Both the position numbers and the translations under genes were made by a program. The notes beneath the pieces are model-generated. The model had not been told where the DNA came from and made no database searches. It saw only the letters and a program-made list of their open reading frames with translations. Below, one piece after another: positions 28,669 to 38,736 of a stretch of DNA of 64,000 nucleotides; the first letter of the stretch is position 1; every line of letters starts with the position of its first letter. The DNA is from Thermodesulfobacteriota bacterium (lineage in GTDB: Bacteria; Desulfobacterota_D; UBA1144; Nemesobacterales; Mycalebacteriaceae): contig OZ242184.1 of assembly GCA_965205855.1 (NCBI GenBank), positions 96,001 through 160,000 on the forward strand, read 5' to 3'.

Positions 28669-29871
28669 TTACGGGTTTATCAAAGCGCCCGCAAGTTTCC
28701 ATCCTTCCTCGAATACCGTTCCGGTCTCCTCCGCGCATTTTTCCGAATAGACCAGCCCGGAATTTCCGCGTTGGCTTCGTGAATCGTAAATTGCGAACGG
28801 CACCGGGTCTCTTGAATGAGTTCTCAGCGATAAGGGTGTGGGATGGTCCGATGTTACAAGCGCTCTGAAGTCGCCGAATTTTTTCATTCCCTCAAGCGCG
28901 GGGCCGACAATCCTTGAGTCAAAATCCTCAACCGCCCGCAGTTTGAGCTTCGTCTGGCCGGTGTGTCCGGTCTCATCGGTTGCCTCTATATGAATCATTA
29001 CAAGGTCTGCGGTTTTAAGGGATTTCAGCGCGTATTCAACTTTTCCTTCGTAATTTGTATCCAGATAACCCGTAGCTCCCGGTACATCCACAACTTTCAT
29101 TCCCGCGCAATTTCCTATGCCCTTTACCAGATCAACCGCCGATATGACCGCTCCGCAAACGCCATAGGTCTTCTCAAACGCCGGTAATGTGGGTGCGGTT
29201 CCTTCGCCCCAGAGCCAGATGTCCGTTACGGGTTTTTCTCCGTTTTGAACCCTTTTTTTGTTTACGGGATGATTTTTGAGCACATCTTTTGCTTCTTTCA
29301 TAAGTTGTTTGAGCAAACCGGAGTCTTTTCCTGATGGAACAAAGTCCGCGATTTTTTTTCCGAGAATATCGTGCGGAGGTGTGGACGAAATCACGCTTCC
29401 TGCGCCGTTGATAACAACAAGATGCCTGTAACTGACTCCCGGAAAGAATTTTATGTCTTTTGTTTCAAGTTTTTGCGCGATGGCTTTTATCAGCTCCCTT
29501 GCCTGTTCCGTGGGAATGTGTCCCGCGCTATAGTCTTCCATTACGATTTTTCCGCGTTTTTTGCCGAGGGTTACAAGGTTGCATCTGCAGCTCATCTCGG
29601 TTTTTTTGAGAGAGATGCCCATTCCCGCCGCTTCAAGCGGAGACCTGCCCGTGAAATAGACAAGAGGGTCATATCCGAGAACGCTGAGGTTTCCCACATC
29701 GCTGCCGGCGGGCAGGGATTGCGGAATGGGTTTTGCAATGCCAAACGCTGTGGCATTTCGCGCCACAAAGTCAAGATTCGGAGTCGCTACCGCCTCAAGA
29801 GGGGTTTTGCCTCCAAGCTCTTTAAGAGGCCTGTCGGGCATTCCGTCGCCCTGAAGAATCAGATATTTCAT
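28669..29871 (-). CDS. apgM: Cofactor-independent phosphoglycerate mutase, ApgM type
   Basis: GDGMPD, GSDVGNLSVLGYDP, GRSPLEAA, DETGH, SDHPTP. Confidence 0.92.
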   Translation of the reverse strand: MKYLILQGDGMPDRPLKELGGKTPLEAVATPNLDFVARNATAFGIAKPIPQSLPAGSDVGNLSVLGYDPLVYFTGRSPLEAAGMGISLKKTEMSCRCNLVTLGKKRGKIVMEDYSAGHIPTEQARELIKAIAQKLETKDIKFFPGVSYRHLVVINGAGSVISSTPPHDILGKKIADFVPSGKDSGLLKQLMKEAKDVLKNHPVNKKRVQNGEKPVTDIWLWGEGTAPTLPAFEKTYGVCGAVISAVDLVKGIGNCAGMKVVDVPGATGYLDTNYEGKVEYALKSLKTADLVMIHIEATDETGHTGQTKLKLRAVEDFDSRIVGPALEGMKKFGDFRALVTSDHPTPLSLRTHSRDPVPFAIYDSRSQRGNSGLVYSEKCAEETGTVFEEGWKLAGALINP

Positions 29872-29877
29872 TGACGG

Positions 29878-30852
29878 TTAAGCCAGAATCTCCCTTGCCG
29901 TGCCGTCCGCGGATGATTCTTCCTTGGATGCGAGTTTGAGAACCTGCTTTTCCGCGTGATAGGAACTACGCACAAGCGGCCCTGATTCAACATGGGGTAT
30001 GCCGACTATTTTTTCCCCGTAGTCCTTCATGGACTCAAATTCAACCGGATGGTAGAACCGCGAAACGGGAATATGGTCGTATGTCGGTTGCAGATACTGT
30101 CCTATCGTAACTATGTCGCAACCGACCGAATGCAGATCTCGCAATGTGGAAGTTACTTCTTCAAAAGTCTCTCCGAGGCCGAGCATTATGCCCGATTTTG
30201 TGAGCATTCCCTTTTTTCCTTCACGCGAAGCCGTTTCAAGAAGCCCAAGAGAACGTTCATAAACCGCTTGAGGGCGAACGGCGCGGACTTTTCCGGACTG
30301 GGTTTTCTGCGGCAGTCCGTAGAGCCTTGGCACCGTTTCAATGTTATGGTTGAGTACATCGGGTTTCTCCGTAAGAACGGCAAGTAGACATTCGTAACTG
30401 CCTTTGAAGTCCGGAATCAGACACTCTATTTTCACCGAAGGGGCGGACTGTCTGATTTTTTTTATTGTCGCTGCAAAGATTTCGGCACTCTGCAGGTTTT
30501 TATCGTCCCTGTTGACCGATGTTATAACCACATGGGAGATAAGTGAGTTGTTGGCGCAAAGGCTTTCTACCGCTTCGGCAATCCTTGCGGGCTCGTCCCA
30601 GTCAAGTTCCCCGCCGTTTCCGGTTTTTACATGGCAGAATCCGCAGCTTCGTGTGCAGGTATCTCCCATTATCATAAAAGTGAGAGTTCCGGCGTTCCAG
30701 CACTCGCCCATGTTTGGACACTTGGCTTCCTCGCATACGGTATGGAGACCCAAAGCGCCTACAAGATTTTTAAGGCGTTTGTAGTTTTCTCCGGAGGGTA
30801 TTTTTGCCTTTATCCAGGAAGGTTTTGCCGATTTTGCTGTGCTGACTGGGAT
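29878..30852 (-). CDS. lipA: Lipoyl synthase (start uncertain, see findings)
   Basis: CEEAKCPNMGEC, CTRSCGFC, NHNIETV, RSSY. The conserved KPSWIKAKIPSGENY lies in frame upstream of the TTG at 30753. Confidence 0.95.
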   Translation of the reverse strand: MPVSTAKSAKPSWIKAKIPSGENYKRLKNLVGALGLHTVCEEAKCPNMGECWNAGTLTFMIMGDTCTRSCGFCHVKTGNGGELDWDEPARIAEAVESLCANNSLISHVVITSVNRDDKNLQSAEIFAATIKKIRQSAPSVKIECLIPDFKGSYECLLAVLTEKPDVLNHNIETVPRLYGLPQKTQSGKVRAVRPQAVYERSLGLLETASREGKKGMLTKSGIMLGLGETFEEVTSTLRDLHSVGCDIVTIGQYLQPTYDHIPVSRFYHPVEFESMKDYGEKIVGIPHVESGPLVRSSYHAEKQVLKLASKEESSADGTAREILA

Positions 30853-30861
30853 CGGAGGGCC

Positions 30862-31152
30862 TCATTCTTCTTTTTTGTCTTCCGCCTCGCCTTCAAGCCG
30901 GCGGATTTTACGCCTGCTTTGCATCAGCTCAATCCAGTTCAGCGAGGAGTGTATCAAAGCAAAAATCATCCCGAGAAGAAAACCTGCGGCGACTGCGATT
31001 CCGGCCTTGGTATATACGGGGGCGATTTCATAGAAGGGAACGCGGTTGAGGTTGAGAACCATCTCTCCGTTCATCCAGTCTCTGTTGCCAAGATAAACAA
31101 CGGCGCCGAAAGCTACAAAAATCAGAGTTAAAAACAGTTTCAGGTATTTCAT
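30862..31152 (-). CDS. LapA/DUF1049-like small membrane protein
   Basis: Two TM helices plus a basic coiled tail (RRKIRRLE); located in the cmk-rpsA-sppA cluster. Confidence 0.6.
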   Translation of the reverse strand: MKYLKLFLTLIFVAFGAVVYLGNRDWMNGEMVLNLNRVPFYEIAPVYTKAGIAVAAGFLLGMIFALIHSSLNWIELMQSRRKIRRLEGEAEDKKEE

Positions 31153-31203
31153 CGGTACTCCTTGTCGTGACCTATAATAGCATATCAGAGACTGCGCGTT
31201 TAA

Positions 31204-32055
31204 TTAAAAATTCTTTCCGCTCCCGAACCGTTCCGAAAGATAGTAAAGTCCGGATGAGGGTAGGTGGTTTCTGAAAAGTTTTGCCGACTGTTCCGGTATT
31301 ATAAGCCCGAGCAGGCTGACTTCGCGTCTGGGGAATATTTCAATCGGCGCGTCTTTTGATATTCCGGCTTTTTCCGCGGCGGTTTCAATCGCGCTCCGCA
31401 GAGTGCCTATTTCATCCACAAGCCCTGCTTCCTTGGCGCTCTGTCCGAGAAGCACTCTTCCGTCCGATATCTTGTTCAGGGTTTCGGGGCTGATGTTCCT
31501 GCTTTCCGCCACGGAGCTTTTGAACTGTTCAAGGGCATTGTCTATCATTGCCTGAAGATACTCCCGCTCCTTCGGTTCAAGCGGTCGCAGGGGTGAGCCG
31601 GAATCCTTGAATTCGCCGGTTTTGACGACATCAAAATCAATCTTTGCCCACCGAAGCAGTTCTTTGTAGTTTGCGAAAGTGGCTATGACTCCTATACTTC
31701 CGGTTATGGTTCCCGGACTTGCCACTATTACCGGCGCCGCGCAAGCGATGTAGTAGCCACCGGAGGCGGCTATGTTGCCCATGCTGGCCACCACGGGAAT
31801 TTTCCCGCCAATACGTTTTACAAGAGAGTGGATTTCCTGAGATGCCGCCACGCTTCCCCCCGGAGAGTCCACCCGTACGACAAGAGCCTTGAACGAGCCG
31901 TTCCGCTCTATCTCTCTCAGGGATTTGGCATAGGCGTCCGGAGATATAATAACGCCTTCTATTTTAAGGACGGCGACTTTAGGCGTTTTTTCCTTAATGA
32001 GAATAAAAGCAGCGCCCAGAATTATTAGTCCCGCCACTATGTAACGGAATTTCAT
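31204..32055 (-). CDS. sppA: Signal peptide peptidase SppA (short form)
   Basis: RVDSPGGS, AASGGYYIA, TGSIGV, KTGEFKD. Confidence 0.93.
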   Translation of the reverse strand: MKFRYIVAGLIILGAAFILIKEKTPKVAVLKIEGVIISPDAYAKSLREIERNGSFKALVVRVDSPGGSVAASQEIHSLVKRIGGKIPVVASMGNIAASGGYYIACAAPVIVASPGTITGSIGVIATFANYKELLRWAKIDFDVVKTGEFKDSGSPLRPLEPKEREYLQAMIDNALEQFKSSVAESRNISPETLNKISDGRVLLGQSAKEAGLVDEIGTLRSAIETAAEKAGISKDAPIEIFPRREVSLLGLIIPEQSAKLFRNHLPSSGLYYLSERFGSGKNF

Positions 32056-33531
32056 CTATTCCTTGTCTTGCGTCCCAAGTTTGCCAGACATCAAATCGCC
32101 GAGTTTCGGAGATTCTTCCTGTGCGTGTTTCGAGTTGAACTCTTTGAGGGTTTCCCTTTCGTTTTGTTTGTTGAGCATTACTTCGCTCAAGATTATGCGT
32201 CGCGCCTCATCGTCCACATTTTTTACAACGCCGTTGATTTCCAAACCCGCTTTATTATGACCCGCACTATTATCCGAATCCGCAAGATCAGAGAAACGGA
32301 TAAATCCCTCAATGCCGCCTTCAAATTCAAGAACAAGCCCGCCCCTGTTTTCTTTTTTCACTTTGCCTTTCATAACAGTTTTGCCTTTTTTGATTGTTTT
32401 GATGGCGGCTTTCCAGGGATCTTTGCCGAGTTGTTTGACTCCGAGAGACATTTTTTTCTTCACGGGGTCGCATCTTAACATCACAACTTCAATCTCGCTT
32501 CCCTTGTTCGAATCGCCGTAAACCTCAACCGGGTCCGTTGTTCCCCGCCAATCTATGTTGTCGGGATGCAGAAGGCCGATGACGCCTTCCGCCACTTCAA
32601 TAAAAACCCCCACCTTGTTCACATTTACTATCTTGCCCTTGATTCTTGAGTTTTGCGGGTTTTCTCGCGCGAATTTTTCCCAGGGGGTTTCTTGAGTCTG
32701 CTTGTAACTGAGTCCTATGCGTTCTCCCCGGTTTTCAATGCTGATAACTTTTACCGTTATTTCCTGACCTCTGCTCAGCACATCGGAAGGGGATTTTACG
32801 CGCTTCCAAGATACCTCTCTTATGGGTATAAAACCCTCCACGGTTCCGCTTCCGTCTGTCAGGTCAAGAAAAGCTCCGGCGCCTATGATGTTGGAAATGA
32901 CTCCCTTGACCTGTGTTCCGATATCTATCTGTTTGGCAAATTCCGCTCTTTTGATTTCCCTTTGTGTCTCAAGCAGTTTTCTTCTGGAAACAACCACATT
33001 TTTGCGGTCCATTTCAATTATCAGTGCGTTAAAACTCTGTCCGATGATTTTATCCGTGTTTTGATGGTGTCCTTTGCCTATCTGCACCTGAGAAGACGGA
33101 AGAAACGCTTTTATATCACAACCTTCTATTTTGCACTCCACGCCGCCTTTTATTTTTTTTGAAGCGTTAACCCTGACGGGCTCTCCGCTTTTGAAATTTT
33201 CGTTCAGATTTTTTATGTATTTGATGCTGTCCGCTTCGCTTTTGGAAATCTTTGGAAGCCCGCGTCCGGTGCTTTTAATAAGTATTTCGACTTTCTCTCC
33301 CTCTTTTACCTCACAGTTTCCTTCTGTGTCGGCAAATTCCTTTAACGGAACAATGCCTTCGGACCTGAGTCCTATGTTGATGAAGACATTCTCCTCCTCC
33401 ACGCGGACAACGGTTCCGCTGACAACTTTCCCCACAATGTTTTTTTCATTGGAATCAATTTCTTCAAGGAGTTGGGAGAAGCTCTGGTCGCTCTCCCGCG
33501 CTTCGGTGGTTTTGCCGGCAAAATCAGTCAT
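32056..33531 (-). CDS. rpsA: 30S ribosomal protein S1 (about five S1 domains)
   Basis: Repeated S1 domains (AFLPSSQV, GFIPIREVSW, GLLHPDNIDW, SLGVKQL); follows cmk. Confidence 0.9.
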   Translation of the reverse strand: MTDFAGKTTEARESDQSFSQLLEEIDSNEKNIVGKVVSGTVVRVEEENVFINIGLRSEGIVPLKEFADTEGNCEVKEGEKVEILIKSTGRGLPKISKSEADSIKYIKNLNENFKSGEPVRVNASKKIKGGVECKIEGCDIKAFLPSSQVQIGKGHHQNTDKIIGQSFNALIIEMDRKNVVVSRRKLLETQREIKRAEFAKQIDIGTQVKGVISNIIGAGAFLDLTDGSGTVEGFIPIREVSWKRVKSPSDVLSRGQEITVKVISIENRGERIGLSYKQTQETPWEKFARENPQNSRIKGKIVNVNKVGVFIEVAEGVIGLLHPDNIDWRGTTDPVEVYGDSNKGSEIEVVMLRCDPVKKKMSLGVKQLGKDPWKAAIKTIKKGKTVMKGKVKKENRGGLVLEFEGGIEGFIRFSDLADSDNSAGHNKAGLEINGVVKNVDDEARRIILSEVMLNKQNERETLKEFNSKHAQEESPKLGDLMSGKLGTQDKE

Positions 33532-33608
33532 AACGTGAATTGGTGCTGCTCCCGTTTATAAACTCGCCTCTTTTACGCAATTTGTCGCGCACACGGTATT
33601 TTGTTTTT

Positions 33609-34274
33609 TCAAGACGGTTTCCAACCTTCAACACAATTGAGAATTTTCTCAACAACCTCGTCCGCACACAGGTGCGTTGTATCTATTATCACAGCATCAT
33701 CGGCAGGTTTCAAGGGTGAGAGCTTTCTTTGGCTGTCCCTAAGGTCTCTTTCGGTTATTTCAACGGCCGTTTCGCCGCCCGATTTTCCGGTTTGCAAGTT
33801 TCTTCGCCTCGCCCTTTCCTCAGGCTCCGCGGTGAGAAAAAACTTGTAATCGGCGTCGCGGAAGATATTTGTTCCCATATCTCTTCCTTCTGCGACTATG
33901 CTGGAATTCTCTCCACAAACGCGCTGAATGCGTCCGAGAGTTTTCCTCACTTTTTCCATTTCCGAAAATCTGGACGCGGCTTCCGATACCTCAGGCGTTC
34001 TTATCCTGTCGCTTACATCCCGTCCGTTAAGAATCACCTTGTATCTGTTCTCTTTCGTTTCACCCGAAAATATTTGCGCTTCAGTGAGCAAGGCCGCCGT
34101 TTTTTCACCGTCTTCGGGTTTCACTCCCTTTTCCAGCGCGAATAGGGCGAAAGCCCTGTATATGGAGCCCGTGTCCAGATATTTTATGCCGAGTTTGTGC
34201 GCCACAATCCGCGCGACCGTGCCTTTGCCAGAAGCGCTGGGTCCGTCAATCGCTATCACTGTTTTTTTTCTCAT
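33609..34274 (-). CDS. cmk: Cytidylate kinase
   Basis: IAIDGPSASGKGT, YLDTGSIYR, EGRDMGT, RDLRDSQR. Confidence 0.96.
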   Translation of the reverse strand: MRKKTVIAIDGPSASGKGTVARIVAHKLGIKYLDTGSIYRAFALFALEKGVKPEDGEKTAALLTEAQIFSGETKENRYKVILNGRDVSDRIRTPEVSEAASRFSEMEKVRKTLGRIQRVCGENSSIVAEGRDMGTNIFRDADYKFFLTAEPEERARRRNLQTGKSGGETAVEITERDLRDSQRKLSPLKPADDAVIIDTTHLCADEVVEKILNCVEGWKPS

Positions 34275-35569
34275 TTCCCGGCTCTGATACTTTCAAGAAA
34301 ATCAAAAAAACCTCTGAAAGAAATTGCGACGCAGTCGGCGTTTTCAATCCGGCTTGTTCCTTTCGCTCCCGTCGCGGCAACCGCAAGCGACATTGCGACC
34401 CTGTGGTCTCCGGCGCTAGAGCATGAACCGGCTGTCAGATTTGCGCCGGTTATGCGCATTCCATCCTCAAGTTCCTCGATACGAGCGCCGAGTTTTCCAA
34501 GCCCCTCGGTCATAGCCTTTATTCTGTCACTTTCCTTCACTCTCAACTCCGCCGCGTCCGATATTGTGGTAATCCCGCGCGCGAAGCACGCGACCGCGGC
34601 AATGACCGGCAATTCGTCTATTGCCCTGGGAATAACGGAGCCCTTAACCTCTGTTCCCGTGAGTGTTTCTGTTCCTCTTGCCTCTATATCTCCGACCGGT
34701 TCTCCGCCAGAGAATCTTTTGTTGTATACGTTTATGTGCGCTCCCATATCTCTGAGGATTTCAAGCGCGCCAGTTCGCGCCGGGTTGATTCCGACATTCT
34801 CAACAACCACCTTGGAACCCGGGTTTATCACCGCCGCCGCGACAGGGAAAATTGCCGAAGAGATGTCTGCCGGAATCTCCACTTCCGTCTTTGTGAGGCT
34901 TTCCGCTCCGCCGCCTTCAATGACCACTTTTCCGTCTGCGCTTTGCACTCGCGCTCCGAAATGCCTGAGCATTATCTCTGTGTGGTCTCTTGTCGCTTTC
35001 GGCTCAACAATTTTTGTGTTCCCTCCCGCGAAAAGTCCCGCCAGTAGAATGGCGGATTTAACCTGCGCACTCGCAAGCGGCATTTTGTATTCCACGGCTC
35101 TGATATTTCCTCCCCTTATGGAAAGCGGAAGCAGTTTTTTTTCACCGCTTGCGGATATTTCCGCACCCATAAGCGAAAGCGGTTTTATAAGTCGCTCCAT
35201 GGGTCTTTTTTTCAAATACCTGTCTCCCGTTATGGCGGACTCAAAGGGTTGTGCGCAGAGAACTCCTGCAAGAAGCCTTGCCGTTGTTCCGGAGTTTCCT
35301 GCGTCTATGGTTTTTTCCGGCGTTTTCAGTTTTTCACAACGAACGGTTGTTTTTCCCGCGCCCGCTTCTATTTGCGCTCCTAGGAGCCTGAGAGCGTTTT
35401 CAGTGGAACGTATGTCTTCGCTGTCAAGAAGGTTTGAAATTTCCGCCCCGCCCGAAAGACAAGCTATTATGAGGGCTCTGTGAGAAATGGACTTATCCGC
35501 GGGAACTGTGAACCGCCCTCTTACCGGACGGCCTTTTCCTGAAAGATTTATGATCTTCTGCACCGACAC
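34271..35569 (-). CDS. aroA: 3-phosphoshikimate 1-carboxyvinyltransferase
   Basis: PADKSISHR, GNSGTTARL, SAQVKSA, RDHTE, ELRVKESDR, DHRVAM. Confidence 0.97.
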   Translation of the reverse strand: MSVQKIINLSGKGRPVRGRFTVPADKSISHRALIIACLSGGAEISNLLDSEDIRSTENALRLLGAQIEAGAGKTTVRCEKLKTPEKTIDAGNSGTTARLLAGVLCAQPFESAITGDRYLKKRPMERLIKPLSLMGAEISASGEKKLLPLSIRGGNIRAVEYKMPLASAQVKSAILLAGLFAGGNTKIVEPKATRDHTEIMLRHFGARVQSADGKVVIEGGGAESLTKTEVEIPADISSAIFPVAAAVINPGSKVVVENVGINPARTGALEILRDMGAHINVYNKRFSGGEPVGDIEARGTETLTGTEVKGSVIPRAIDELPVIAAVACFARGITTISDAAELRVKESDRIKAMTEGLGKLGARIEELEDGMRITGANLTAGSCSSAGDHRVAMSLAVAATGAKGTSRIENADCVAISFRGFFDFLESIRAGK

Positions 35570-35612
35570 TCTCCTCTGCGGTTGCCAGTCTTCATCGTGT
35601 TCGTAAGCCGTC

Positions 35613-36008
35613 TCAGGGAGTTATGATACTTCCGCCGCCACCTTTTCCGTCTCCAGCGGACTGCTTTTTGGCGCGGGATTCAATAAGAGAGAGAAGCCGC
35701 TCTTTGAAGTTTTCTTCGTAGTCACATATTGAGGGAATTATGTATCCCAGCAGGGCTATCTGCAAAAGATATTCCGCGTTGGCGGTTATGTATTCCTGCT
35801 GAAATTTGCCGCCGTATGATTTGGAAAGACTTGAGAATATGTGCGCCGCCATATCGTCCATTGCCTGCGCTATGCTTTTTGTTCCTTTCGCCTGCTGATT
35901 TGCGGACACTCCAAAGTTAAAAGCGGTCGTTATTGAGGCTGCCAGTGCGGCTTCTGGAGAAGCACCGGCATCTTCCCCGGGTTTTGAGGTTTGTTCGGAA
36001 TCTGCCAT
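35613..36008 (-). CDS. Hypothetical protein
   Basis: 131-aa ORF filling the gap upstream of aroA; helical; no recognised domain. Confidence 0.6.
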   Translation of the reverse strand: MADSEQTSKPGEDAGASPEAALAASITTAFNFGVSANQQAKGTKSIAQAMDDMAAHIFSSLSKSYGGKFQQEYITANAEYLLQIALLGYIIPSICDYEENFKERLLSLIESRAKKQSAGDGKGGGGSIITP

Positions 36009-36071
36009 TTGGTGTTATCATAACACAGAGGGGTCTTTGTGTAAATCAACACACCCCGAAGGCGCTTTGAA

Positions 36072-36572
36072 TTGAAACCGGAAAACATTATAAAAAAACT
36101 GGGTCTGGAACCTCTTGAGACCGAAGGCGGACTTTTCAGGGAGACTTATGTGAGTCCGGAGTCCGTTTCCTCGGAGCATTTGCCCGGGCGATACAAAAGC
36201 GACCGGAACTTTTCTTCGGCAATCTACTACTTTCTTAAGAAGGGGACGGTTTCCAGAATGCACAGGTTGCTGTCCGATGAGGTTTACCATTTCTATGCAG
36301 GAGACCCGGTTCAGATGCTGTCTTTGACCCCGGGTGGAGCAGCCGGTCTGGTGTTTCTCGGCAAAGACATAATGTCTGGCCAGTATCCGCAGGTTGTTGT
36401 TCCGGGAGGAGTGTGGCAGGGCATGAGTCTTGTTCCGGGCGGCGAGTTTGCCCTTATGGGAACAACGGTTTCCCCGGCCCACACGCAGGAAGATTTTGAA
36501 CTTGGGAACCCGGAAAAGCTATCGGAACAGTTTCCCGACCACACGGAGCTCATCAAAACGCTTTCCGTTTAG
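36072..36572 (+). CDS. Cupin_5 (DUF985) family protein
   Basis: LGLEPLETEGGLFRETY, SAIYYFL, HRLLSDEVYHFYAG, TVSPA. Confidence 0.9.
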   Translation: MKPENIIKKLGLEPLETEGGLFRETYVSPESVSSEHLPGRYKSDRNFSSAIYYFLKKGTVSRMHRLLSDEVYHFYAGDPVQMLSLTPGGAAGLVFLGKDIMSGQYPQVVVPGGVWQGMSLVPGGEFALMGTTVSPAHTQEDFELGNPEKLSEQFPDHTELIKTLSV

Positions 36573-36696
36573 TCCCGTGTATTTTGACATACGCATTGTT
36601 TGAAGTTAGAAACTTGGGAGTCGCCGTCATGCCGTTTTCAGGAATTTGAATCCGATGTTTGCGTTGCGGGAACGGTAAAAGAGGTTAGTTTTTTAG

Positions 36697-38052
36697 ATGT
36701 TGTTTTCTTCGGGCATTCCGACAAGCGAAGATTCCGAAAGAGCGGTTCTCGGCGCGATAATTCTTGACAACTCGTGCATAAACGAGGTTCTTCAAATAGT
36801 TTCCGCGGAAGATTTTTACAGCATGTCCAACAAGACTATTTTTGAAGCAATGATAGATCTTGACAAGGAGAACAGGCCGCTTGATGTGCTTACCGTCTCC
36901 GAATATCTGAGCGGTTCGGGCGCGGATAGGTTCAAAAAAGTCGGTGGAAGCCACTACATCACGTTGCTTGCTGATGTTGTTCCGACCTCCTCAAATGTCG
37001 CTCATTACGCGAAGGTGGTGAAGGACACTTCTCTTCTCAGACAGATCATTTCAATGGGTGGGGAAATAGCCCGCAAAGGCCCGGACGGGGTAACCCCGGA
37101 GGAGCTTCTGGATCAGGCGGAGAGCAAGATAATGGAGATAGCCCAGAAAAGAATCCGTCCGGCGTTTTCGCCTCCTCCGGAACTCGCCGCCCGAACGCTT
37201 GAGCACATAGAGGAAGCGCAGAAGAAAAAGCAGGCAATTACGGGTCTCGCCACGGGATTCAGGAAAATTGACGAGCTGACATCGGGGTTTCAGCCCGCGG
37301 ATTTGATAGTAGTCGCGGCGCGTCCGAGTCTCGGAAAAACCTCTTTCTGCCTGAACATCGCCGAACACGCCGGGGTGCAACTCGGCAAAACGGTGGCGAT
37401 TTTCTCTCTTGAGATGACCGAGATTCAGCTTGCACAGAGAGTTTTTTCAATGATGGCGCAGGTAAGTTTTTCAGACTTGAGAGGCGGCCGCGTAAAAGAC
37501 AAAGACATAGATAAAGTCGCCGCCGCGTCGGACCGTTTCGGGCGTTCACGTATACTCATAGATGACAGCCCGGTGCAGACGGCTCTTGAAATTCGCGCCA
37601 AGTGCAGACGGCTCAAGAAAGACAAGGGGCTTGACCTTATAATAATCGACTACCTTCAACTTATGCACGGAGGTGGGAGAATCGAAAGCAGAGAAAGGGA
37701 GATTGCTCAGATATCTTCATCGCTCAAAGCGCTTGCTAAGGAGCTTTACGTGCCCGTGGTTGCGGTCTCGCAGTTAAGCCGGCAAACGGAGATACGTTCC
37801 GACCGCCGCCCTCAGCTTTCAGATTTAAGGGAAAGCGGCGCCATAGAGCAGGATGCCGATGTAGTGATTTTCATACACCGTCCCGATTTCTACGCGAAGG
37901 AAGAAGATGAAAAAACCGGCGAGGCGGAGGTAATCATAGGAAAGCAGAGAAACGGCCCCCTCGGCGTGGCCAGGCTGGCGTTCCTTGAACAAATAGGGGT
38001 GCCGGGATTTGCCGAGCTTGCCTACGACGGGTTTGAAGTTTACGACAATTAG
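36697..38052 (+). CDS. dnaB: Replicative DNA helicase
   Basis: AARPSLGKT, FSLEM, IIIDYLQL, SQLSR, DLRESGAIEQDAD, KQRNGP. No intein. Confidence 0.97.
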   Translation: MLFSSGIPTSEDSERAVLGAIILDNSCINEVLQIVSAEDFYSMSNKTIFEAMIDLDKENRPLDVLTVSEYLSGSGADRFKKVGGSHYITLLADVVPTSSNVAHYAKVVKDTSLLRQIISMGGEIARKGPDGVTPEELLDQAESKIMEIAQKRIRPAFSPPPELAARTLEHIEEAQKKKQAITGLATGFRKIDELTSGFQPADLIVVAARPSLGKTSFCLNIAEHAGVQLGKTVAIFSLEMTEIQLAQRVFSMMAQVSFSDLRGGRVKDKDIDKVAAASDRFGRSRILIDDSPVQTALEIRAKCRRLKKDKGLDLIIIDYLQLMHGGGRIESREREIAQISSSLKALAKELYVPVVAVSQLSRQTEIRSDRRPQLSDLRESGAIEQDADVVIFIHRPDFYAKEEDEKTGEAEVIIGKQRNGPLGVARLAFLEQIGVPGFAELAYDGFEVYDN

Positions 38053-38088
38053 ACCGATGCTTCTCCGCTCGGTTTTAAGCCGGTTTTT

Positions 38089-38736
38089 TCAGACAAGAGA
38101 CGGCTTGATTTTTCTCTCTTCCGCCGTTTCCGTTTTGTAAAGAACCGCGTCTTTCTGCCAACGGGTAAACTTGTCAAAAATCTTCTTTATTTTCACTTGG
38201 GTTGAATGCCACTTGAAACCCCATTCGTGGTTTTTTCCGGAGTCTTCAAAAAAGGTTTTGAGGAAAAACTCCCTTTCTCTGCGGAGCCCTTTTTCCGCAA
38301 TCCATCCCGTGCGGGCAACAGCGTATCCGCACCCAAACCCCATTGCGATTGTGCCGCAAAGTCCAAGTGCTTCGGCGGCTTTTACTGCAAGTTCAAGATA
38401 GCAATACAACGCCTGTGGCGTGCTATATTTCCTCGTCCTCATAAGCGAGTCCATCTCAAGAAGGTTTTTTACAAAATACATTGGATAGTAGGTCGGGCTG
38501 TTGATATCAACTGATTTTGTGGCGCACATAAGCGGATGCTTGATTATCACATCCTCGTCTATCAAGCCTATCATAAACTTGCTTTTGTCGAACCCGCCCG
38601 TATCGCCGCACATACCAAGACTCTTCGAGATGTTGTTCCATTCCCTTTGCGCAACCGCAAGAGCGGACTCAATGCGCTCGCGCCCCGCCCCCTGCGAGCC
38701 GTCCACAAGGTCGTCAAGCGTTGGAATCGCGCTCAT
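38089..38736 (-). CDS. Hypothetical protein
   Basis: 215 aa; its start overlaps the stop of the upstream gene (TAATG), indicating translational coupling. Confidence 0.7.
   Translation of the reverse strand: MSAIPTLDDLVDGSQGAGRERIESALAVAQREWNNISKSLGMCGDTGGFDKSKFMIGLIDEDVIIKHPLMCATKSVDINSPTYYPMYFVKNLLEMDSLMRTRKYSTPQALYCYLELAVKAAEALGLCGTIAMGFGCGYAVARTGWIAEKGLRREREFFLKTFFEDSGKNHEWGFKWHSTQVKIKKIFDKFTRWQKDAVLYKTETAEERKIKPSLV

Noticed and set aside
34197-35483. 428-aa plus-strand ORF
   Set aside because: Antisense shadow of aroA with Ser/Pro/Ala-rich non-protein composition. The same applies to the many shadows of purH, nadB, dnaE, ispD and others.
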